Assembly: GCA_964599625.1 (NCBI GenBank)
Contig: CAZRGC010000001.1
Span: 244,959-308,958, forward strand
Reading direction: 5' to 3'
From: an uncultured Gammaproteobacteria bacterium
GTDB lineage: Bacteria; Patescibacteriota; Microgenomatia; UBA8517
Length of the DNA: 64,000 nt
Shown here: positions 57,194 through 64,000 of the stretch, piece by piece
How positions within the stretch are numbered: position 1 is the first letter of the stretch
How the letters are laid out: each line of letters opens with the position of its first letter
Made by a program: the position numbers and the translations under genes
Notes under the pieces: generated by a model
The model's input: the letters and a program-made list of their open reading frames with translations, nothing else
Database searches by the model: none
What the model was told of the DNA's origin: nothing

Positions 57194-58591
57194 ATGAAGC
57201 TCCCGCTTACAATTAAAGAAACACAGGGCGGCCTTGTAAATAAAGATTTTTCTGCTGTGGAACTTGTTGACGGTTATCTTTCGCAAATAGAAAAATACAA
57301 CAAAGAATACAATGTGTTTTTGACAATAACCGATGAAGAGGCTTACAAAAAAGCTAAGGTTGTAGACGCTACACTGGCAAACGACCCCAAAGCTTTGGAA
57401 AATTTTCCGCTTTTGGGAGTAACTGTTTCCTACAAAGACATTTTTTCCACAAAAGGAATGCGCACAACCGCCTCTTCCAAAGTATTAGAAAGTTATGTTC
57501 CGCAGTATTCGGCAACAGCGGTGAAAAGGATGGAAAACGCTGGGACAATAATGATTGGAAAAACCAACTGTGACGCATGGGCCCATGGCGCGAGCGGCGA
57601 AAATAGTGACTTTGGAGTAACACTGAATCCTTGGAATAAAGAATATGTTCCCGGGGGCAGTAGTAGTGGTAGTGCGGCTTCGGTAAGTGCAAACATGTCT
57701 TTGGTTTCTTTGGGTACGGACACGGGTGGCTCTGTAAGGCAGCCGGCAAATTTTACATACACTGTGGGGCTTAAACCCACGTACGGAGCTATTCCCCGTT
57801 TTGGTGTTATTTCTATGGCATCGTCTTTGGACACAGTTGGTTCGTTTGCACACTCGGTTTCCGATATAGAAAAAATATTTGATGTGTTGAAAGGCGAAGA
57901 CGGTTTTGATGCGGTTGTAAAAAATACGGAATATAAAGAACCCAAGCCCAAATACAAAATTGGAATTGCAAAAGAATATTTTGGTGAAGGTATCAATAAA
58001 GAAGTAGGGGATGAAATCGAGAAAGTTAAAAAGGTTTATGAGTCAGTGGGTGCAGAATTTGTGGAAGTATCCCTTCCGCATACAAAATATGCTGTGCCTG
58101 TTTATTATATTGTTCAACCCGCCGAGGTTTCTTCGAATTTAGGGAGATTTGACGGAATAAGGTATGGAAACGGTAGGGAAAGTTTTGGACAGGAAGCTAA
58201 AAGAAGGATAATGCTTGGGACATACGTTCTGTCTTCGGGGTATTATGATGCCTACTATCTTAAAGCACAAAAAGTCAGGTCAAAACTTATTCAAGACTTT
58301 GATAATGCTTTCGATAAAGTGGATGCAATACTTTCCCCCGTCTCTCCAACCCCGCCATTCAAAATTGGAGAAAACGCGAGTGATCCACTGGCCATGTATT
58401 TGGCCGATGTTTATACCTGCGCCATAAATCTGGCAGGAATTCCCTCGTTGGCAATTCCCTCGGGTTTTACCAAAAATAAGCTTCCTTTAGGTTTTCAGCT
58501 TATCGGTCCAAGATTTTCGGAGCCTGTACTTTTTGACTTGGGTAAAGCTTTTGAAACAGAAACAGATTACAAACCGCAAGCCGCCTTATGA
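57194..58591 (+). CDS. gatA: Asp/Glu-tRNA amidotransferase subunit A
   Basis: GGSSSGSAA, GTDTGGSVRQPA, SNLGRFDGIRYG. Confidence 0.97.
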   Translation: MKLPLTIKETQGGLVNKDFSAVELVDGYLSQIEKYNKEYNVFLTITDEEAYKKAKVVDATLANDPKALENFPLLGVTVSYKDIFSTKGMRTTASSKVLESYVPQYSATAVKRMENAGTIMIGKTNCDAWAHGASGENSDFGVTLNPWNKEYVPGGSSSGSAASVSANMSLVSLGTDTGGSVRQPANFTYTVGLKPTYGAIPRFGVISMASSLDTVGSFAHSVSDIEKIFDVLKGEDGFDAVVKNTEYKEPKPKYKIGIAKEYFGEGINKEVGDEIEKVKKVYESVGAEFVEVSLPHTKYAVPVYYIVQPAEVSSNLGRFDGIRYGNGRESFGQEAKRRIMLGTYVLSSGYYDAYYLKAQKVRSKLIQDFDNAFDKVDAILSPVSPTPPFKIGENASDPLAMYLADVYTCAINLAGIPSLAIPSGFTKNKLPLGFQLIGPRFSEPVLFDLGKAFETETDYKPQAAL

Positions 58592-59853
58592 CGATCACCG
58601 GAGAATATACAAAATTATTTAAGAAAACAAAGTTTGGATATTTGTGGGGTTCACAAATTCTTTCGCAAGTGACTATCCACATAATGAACTTCCTGCTTCT
58701 TGCCAAGCTTTATGAAACAACCGGATCTTCGATTGCCACTGCGCTTTTGTGGGTGGCTTATTCTTTGCCTGCTTTATTTTTTGGCCCGATCGGAGCCGCG
58801 GTTGTTGACATAGTGTCCAGAAGAAAACTTCTGATGTATACAAATATTTTACAAGCGGCTGCAGTGTTTCTTTTTGTATTGGTTCATTCCCAAAATATAT
58901 TTATCCTTTATGCGTTGGTATTGATATATTCACTTTTTAATCAGTTTTATGTTCCAGCAGAAGCTTCATACCTTCCGTCTGCCGTGAATAAAGACGACCT
59001 TCCTCAGGCAAACAGTTTGTTTTTTATTAGCCAGCAAGGCTCTTTGATTTTGGGTTTTGGGCTCGCAGGAATAATACAAAAGTTGGTCGGCTTTGAGGGT
59101 GCGATGATTTTGTGCGGTGTCTTGTTGTTCTTTGCTTTTGTGTGCACCTACTTACTGCCGGAGGTGAAACCACAGACTGAGCTTCCAGAAAAAATTGAGA
59201 AGGCGCTCAAACAGTTTTTTGACAGCATATTCGAAGGATACGATTTTATAAAGGCAAACAAGTTGGTTCTTTACCCGCTCGCTCTTCTTTTGGGTATTCA
59301 AACCGCCTTGAATATAATTGTTGTGAGTTTGCCTGTGATAGCGGTGCAGATTTTGGGGATTTCAGTTAACTATTCAGGTCTTTCTATAGTGGTGCCGGCG
59401 GGAATCGGTGCGATGTTGGGATCGGTTGCAATACCGAGGTTGTTGTCAAAACAAAAGCGAAAGAAAAAAGTTATTGAAAGCTCTTTGTTGTTTATTGCGG
59501 TAGCTTTTTTGTCTATGACTTTGGGGATACCACTGCTCCCGGTTTATATGAGAGTTATTGTTACACCGCTTTTGATAATGCTTGTGGGTTTTGGGTTTGT
59601 GGGTGTAAATATTCCCACACTCACTTTTTTGCAGTCAGTGACTCCCACATGGCTTTTGGGTAGAGTTATGGGGAACATGTTTTTCTTTTTAACAATAATT
59701 TCTTTGTTCCCTGTGCTTTTTTCGGGAACAATTACAGAAATATTTGGAATAAGGACTCTTCTGACTATAATCGGAATTGGGGCCTTTGCTGTTTATATGT
59801 TTTCCAAAAGAAACGGTACAGCTTTTATCAGGGAGGAAATGAAAAATGTCTAA
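58588..59853 (+). CDS. MFS transporter (macrolide efflux/H+ antiporter-like)
   Basis: Multi-TM, VDIVSRRK, LLGRVMG. Confidence 0.88.
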   Translation: MTITGEYTKLFKKTKFGYLWGSQILSQVTIHIMNFLLLAKLYETTGSSIATALLWVAYSLPALFFGPIGAAVVDIVSRRKLLMYTNILQAAAVFLFVLVHSQNIFILYALVLIYSLFNQFYVPAEASYLPSAVNKDDLPQANSLFFISQQGSLILGFGLAGIIQKLVGFEGAMILCGVLLFFAFVCTYLLPEVKPQTELPEKIEKALKQFFDSIFEGYDFIKANKLVLYPLALLLGIQTALNIIVVSLPVIAVQILGISVNYSGLSIVVPAGIGAMLGSVAIPRLLSKQKRKKKVIESSLLFIAVAFLSMTLGIPLLPVYMRVIVTPLLIMLVGFGFVGVNIPTLTFLQSVTPTWLLGRVMGNMFFFLTIISLFPVLFSGTITEIFGIRTLLTIIGIGAFAVYMFSKRNGTAFIREEMKNV

Positions 59854-61153
59854 CAAATTTACACCCATAATCGGATTGGAAATACACATTGAGCCGAACA
59901 CAAAAAGTAAAATGTTCTGCAGATGTCCTCAGGATCATTTTGGCAAAAAACCAAATACTCAGACATGTCCTATTTGTTTGGGTCTTCCGGGTGCACTTCC
60001 GTTTGCAAACAAAGAAGCCATAAGAAAAACTATAAAGTTGGGTTTGGCGTTGGGGGCTTCGATAAGCAAGTTTTCAAAGTTTTACAGGAAGAACTATTTT
60101 TATCCGGACTTACCCAAAGCTTTTCAGACTTCACAGCTTGATTCCCCGCTTTGTGTGGGGGGTGAGCTTTTGGGGAAACATATAAACCATATTCATTTGG
60201 AAGAAGATGCAGGCAAACTTATGCATGAGAATTTGGATGGGGAAAAAGTTTCTTTGGTTGATTTCAACCGTAGCGGATGTGCACTTATCGAAATTGTAAC
60301 AGAACCGGACTTTCACGACACAGAAAGTGTAACCGCTTTTGTAAAAGAAATGCAGCTTATTGCCAAATACTTAGATGTGAGCGGTGCGGATATGGAAAAG
60401 GGTTCGATGAGATTGGAAGCAAACGTTTCTTTGAGTCCGGATGGCAACCTTCCCGACTACAAAGTTGAACTTAAAAACATAAACTCGTTTAAGTTTCTTG
60501 GCAAGGCAATTTCTGCAGAACTGACAAGACAGGAAAATGCACTTTTGAATGGAGAAAAACTTGTTCAGGAGACACGTGGTTATGACGAAATTAAACAAAC
60601 AACTTTTTCCCAGAGAACCAAGGCAGACGCTCATGATTACAGATATTTCCCCGAAGCCGACTTGCCCCCTATGCGTTTTAACGATGCCGAGATTGAACAA
60701 ATAAAAGATCAGATCACAGAACTTCCATCGGACAGAAGATCTAGATTTACCAACCTCTACAGGATATCCAAGGATTTCGCAGACATTCTTGTGTCTGACC
60801 CAGTACGTGCAGAATATTTTGAAGAAGCGGTCAAAGTAGGGGCAAAAGAAAATTTGGATCCTAAATCTATTGCTGACTTTATGATAAATAAAAAGTTGGA
60901 CTCAGAATTTCCTGAGCCCGCAGGCCTGGTTAAAAAAGTTTATGAACTTGGAAAAGTTGAGTATGCAAATCAGGAAGATACACTTTCTGCAGTGAGGGCT
61001 GTAGTTGTCGAAAATTCTAAGGCAGTAACCGACTATCAAAACGGCAATGGAAATGTGATAGGATTTTTGATTGGTATGGTGCAGAAGAAACTTGGAGGTA
61101 AGGGAAATGTAAACGTAGTACGTGAAGGGCTTTTAAAAGAACTGCAAAAATGA
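59846..61153 (+). CDS. gatB: Asp/Glu-tRNA amidotransferase subunit B
   Basis: IGLEIH, YFYPDLPK, HLEEDAGK, DYRYFPE. Confidence 0.97.
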   Translation: MSNKFTPIIGLEIHIEPNTKSKMFCRCPQDHFGKKPNTQTCPICLGLPGALPFANKEAIRKTIKLGLALGASISKFSKFYRKNYFYPDLPKAFQTSQLDSPLCVGGELLGKHINHIHLEEDAGKLMHENLDGEKVSLVDFNRSGCALIEIVTEPDFHDTESVTAFVKEMQLIAKYLDVSGADMEKGSMRLEANVSLSPDGNLPDYKVELKNINSFKFLGKAISAELTRQENALLNGEKLVQETRGYDEIKQTTFSQRTKADAHDYRYFPEADLPPMRFNDAEIEQIKDQITELPSDRRSRFTNLYRISKDFADILVSDPVRAEYFEEAVKVGAKENLDPKSIADFMINKKLDSEFPEPAGLVKKVYELGKVEYANQEDTLSAVRAVVVENSKAVTDYQNGNGNVIGFLIGMVQKKLGGKGNVNVVREGLLKELQK

Positions 61154-61836
61154 GTGACAAAAAAGAGGTATCAAATCTAACTCTAATAGCTGCCAGAAAA
61201 GCAAACAACGAATTGGGCAAAGTCCTGGGGGAAGATGGGAAACCATTATTAGGAAGTGAAGCAGGAGTAAAAATTCTGAACAAATACGAAGAGTCTGAAG
61301 TAAATAGAGATAATTCTCACAAAGATCCGCTCACGGAACTTCTCAATAGACGAGGTGTTAAGGAGGAATCAGAACGTGTGTTGGGTATATTGCGACGTGA
61401 GAAAGATTATAGAGGTTTCACCGTTATCGTTGCTGACATGATCGGGCTTAAAAAAATAAACCAAGATCTTGGAGAAATTGGTGCAGATCGAATTTTGATT
61501 CAGTCTTCTCAAGCTTTAAAATCTAGCGCAACAAGAGCAACTGATTTGGTTTCCAGATGGGGAGGGGATGAGTTTGTGTTAATTCTTTTTAACCAGGATC
61601 CTGATAGCGTTGCAAACGTTTGCGATAGAGTTGTATCTACACAACCTTTTGTAGATTTTACAGACAAAAAAGTTCAGTTCAATGTTGGATACAAGACATT
61701 TGGTCCCGAAATCACTGACGTATACAGCGCGGTGGAGCATTGTGTTAACTTAATTGATGATGTTAAAGCCACCAGACCCAAAGATGATACGGGAAGAGTT
61801 GTTGGTGATGGTGTTATAGTCAAATTAGATGAGTAA
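61150..61836 (+). CDS. Stand-alone diguanylate cyclase (GGDEF domain)
   Basis: DPLTELLNRR, SRWGGDEF. Confidence 0.88.
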   Translation: MSDKKEVSNLTLIAARKANNELGKVLGEDGKPLLGSEAGVKILNKYEESEVNRDNSHKDPLTELLNRRGVKEESERVLGILRREKDYRGFTVIVADMIGLKKINQDLGEIGADRILIQSSQALKSSATRATDLVSRWGGDEFVLILFNQDPDSVANVCDRVVSTQPFVDFTDKKVQFNVGYKTFGPEITDVYSAVEHCVNLIDDVKATRPKDDTGRVVGDGVIVKLDE

Positions 61837-64000
61837 ATTTGTCCACCTGCATTGTCATACAGAGTATTCCCTTTTGGATGGCCTAAGCAATATCAAAAAA
61901 CTTATTGGTTACGCCAAAGAGCAGGGGATGGACTCGATTGCCATAACAGATCATGGCGTAATGTACGGTGAGATTGAATTTTATAAACAAGCCCAAAAAC
62001 AGGGTATAAAACCAATCTTGGGAATGGAAGGCTATATTGTGCCTGGAGATTTAAAGGAAAGAGCGGAAAAAGGCAGAGGGAAAAACTATCACCTTCTGCT
62101 TTTAGCCAAAGATTTGGAGGGTTATAAAAATTTAATGAAGCTTTCTTCAATTGCGCATTTGGATGGATATTATTACAGACCAAGATTTGATCGGGAAACA
62201 CTTAAAAAATACTCAAAAGGGTTGATTGCAACGTCTACTTGTCCTCAGGGGGAGATTGGGCAAGCTTTATTAAATGACGACTATAAGGAAGCAAAAAAAA
62301 TAACCGAGTGGTATTTGGATGTTTTTAAAGACGACTACTACATGGAGATTCAAAGGCATGAATACAATAAATGGACAGACAAAGCGCCTACAGACGAAAT
62401 ACGTAATAACTTGATTGAGCTTTTGAGTAGCGAAAATAAATGGAATGACGGAATAATCAAACTGAGCAGGGATCTTGGTATTCCTCTTGTTGCTACCAAT
62501 GACGCACACTATATAAAACAGGAAGACGCATTTGCTCAGGACGTTTTGGTTTGTATTGCGACCGGGAAAAACGTCACCGACACAAAAAGATTGAGATATA
62601 TCGATGCACAGACATTTGACGTTAAAACCCCCGATTCTATGGAAGCGCTTTTTGCAGATCATCCAGATGCAATATCAAATACTGTAAAAGTTGCAGAAAA
62701 GTGCAATGTAGAAATTGAGCTAGGTAAGTGGTTTTTCCCAATATATCCGTTAGAAAAAGATCAGACTGCAGACCAAGTCCTCAGGGATCTTGCACACGAA
62801 AAGTTGACCGAGAAATTTCCTAACGCAACCGACGAAATGAAAAGCCGTATTGATTATGAGTTGGATATTATTTGCACAAAAGGTTACGCGCCTTACTTTT
62901 TGATAGTTAGGGCATTGGTCAATTGGGCCAATAGCGCCGGAATTATTACCAACACAAGGGGCTCGGCCGCGGGTAGTTTTGTATCATTTTGTTTGGGAAT
63001 TACAACTGTAGATCCTATTAAATATTATCTTCCTTTTGAGCGTTTTCTTAACCCGTTTAGGCCTAGTCCTCCCGATATTGATTTTGATGTTTCCGATATA
63101 AAGCGTGATCAAGTTATCAAATACATGGCAGATACATATGGCCATGATAAAGTGGCCCAAATTTGTACTTTTGGAAGGATGTTAAGTAGGGCAGCCGTAC
63201 GTGACGTTGCCCGCGTATTGGGTTATTCCTATTCAATTGGGGACAGGATTGCCAAAATGATTCCACCGCCTAAACAGGGATTTCCCATAACCATACCCAA
63301 AGCTTTGGCAGAAGTCCCCGACCTCAAAAAAGCCTACGACGAAGACTCTGACACCAAAAAGATTATGGATTTGGCAATTCAGTTAGAAGGAAGTGCGAGG
63401 CATATTTCGGTTCACGCCGCGGGTGTTGTTGTTGCCCCAACAGATATTACAGATTTTAGCCCGGTACAAAGGGAGCCTTCAGGGGAAAAAATAATTACAC
63501 AGTACGAAATGCATGCCAGTGAAGATGTTGGGCTTATCAAATTTGATATCTTGGGTATAAGAAACCTTTCTATTCTCGGACGTGCAGTGGAGATTGTTGA
63601 GGGGATTCGTGGGACCAAGGTAGATCTTAGAAAAATTCCTTTGGATGACGGTAAGACTTTTGAAATGCTTGCTAGGGGTGAGACGATGGGAGTTTTTCAG
63701 ATGGCGGGTGGGGGAATGACAAAGCATCTAAAGGATTTGAAGCCGACCAGAATAGAAGATCTGATGGCTATGGTTGCACTTTACCGACCTGGTCCGATGT
63801 CGCAAATACCAGAATATATAAAAAGGAAAAGAGATCCGGGATTGGTTAAATATCTCGACCCCCGAATGGAAAAGTTTTTGGGGGCTTCGTATGGCTTAAT
63901 TGTTTATCAGGACGACCTTTTGTTCTGCGCCCTAGACTTGGCAGGATACACTTGGGAAGAAGCAGACAAATTCAGAAAAGCTGTTGGTAAAAAAATTCCG
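61829..64000 (+). CDS. dnaE: DNA polymerase III alpha subunit (3' partial; missing from the ORF track)
   Basis: MSKFVHLHCHTEYSLLDG, AITDHG, RGSAAGS, FERFLNP, PDIDFD, HAAGVV, KFDILG. Confidence 0.97.
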   Translation, partial: MSKFVHLHCHTEYSLLDGLSNIKKLIGYAKEQGMDSIAITDHGVMYGEIEFYKQAQKQGIKPILGMEGYIVPGDLKERAEKGRGKNYHLLLLAKDLEGYKNLMKLSSIAHLDGYYYRPRFDRETLKKYSKGLIATSTCPQGEIGQALLNDDYKEAKKITEWYLDVFKDDYYMEIQRHEYNKWTDKAPTDEIRNNLIELLSSENKWNDGIIKLSRDLGIPLVATNDAHYIKQEDAFAQDVLVCIATGKNVTDTKRLRYIDAQTFDVKTPDSMEALFADHPDAISNTVKVAEKCNVEIELGKWFFPIYPLEKDQTADQVLRDLAHEKLTEKFPNATDEMKSRIDYELDIICTKGYAPYFLIVRALVNWANSAGIITNTRGSAAGSFVSFCLGITTVDPIKYYLPFERFLNPFRPSPPDIDFDVSDIKRDQVIKYMADTYGHDKVAQICTFGRMLSRAAVRDVARVLGYSYSIGDRIAKMIPPPKQGFPITIPKALAEVPDLKKAYDEDSDTKKIMDLAIQLEGSARHISVHAAGVVVAPTDITDFSPVQREPSGEKIITQYEMHASEDVGLIKFDILGIRNLSILGRAVEIVEGIRGTKVDLRKIPLDDGKTFEMLARGETMGVFQMAGGGMTKHLKDLKPTRIEDLMAMVALYRPGPMSQIPEYIKRKRDPGLVKYLDPRMEKFLGASYGLIVYQDDLLFCALDLAGYTWEEADKFRKAVGKKIP

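Noticed and set aside
61902-63727. Short minus-strand ORFs at the window end
   Set aside because: Shadow ORFs antisense to dnaE, which the track omits because it runs off the window. Most other short overlapping ORFs in the track were discarded for the same reason.

Overview
Chromosomal window that looks like a Patescibacteria/CPR genome, probably Microgenomates-like. This is inferred from the compact genes, many orphan ORFs and a -10 box sitting just before many start codons. Core genes: parB (partial), lepB, a surface-glycan cluster, dus, polX, lemA/htpX, gatCAB, a GGDEF protein and dnaE (partial). Four tRNAs: Val-CAC, Thr-CGT, Gly-CCC, and Asp-GTC split by a group I intron. Main findings: (1) a doubly membrane-anchored alpha-2-macroglobulin with an intact CTEQ thioester motif and a BIL-type Hint autoprocessing domain in its bait region, so it may activate itself; (2) a dispersed set of small orphan genes, mostly membrane, pilin-like or lipoprotein, sharing one leader grammar (CCYATA box, -35, 17-18 nt, -10, GCAC boxA-like motif, Shine-Dalgarno) unlike the apparently leaderless housekeeping genes; (3) a repeated, covarying structured 3' RNA motif; (4) the intron-containing tRNA-Asp with an adjacent GIY-YIG cassette and tRNA-end duplications; (5) two unusual GHKL ATPase architectures. 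All calls are by eye; no database searches were run.
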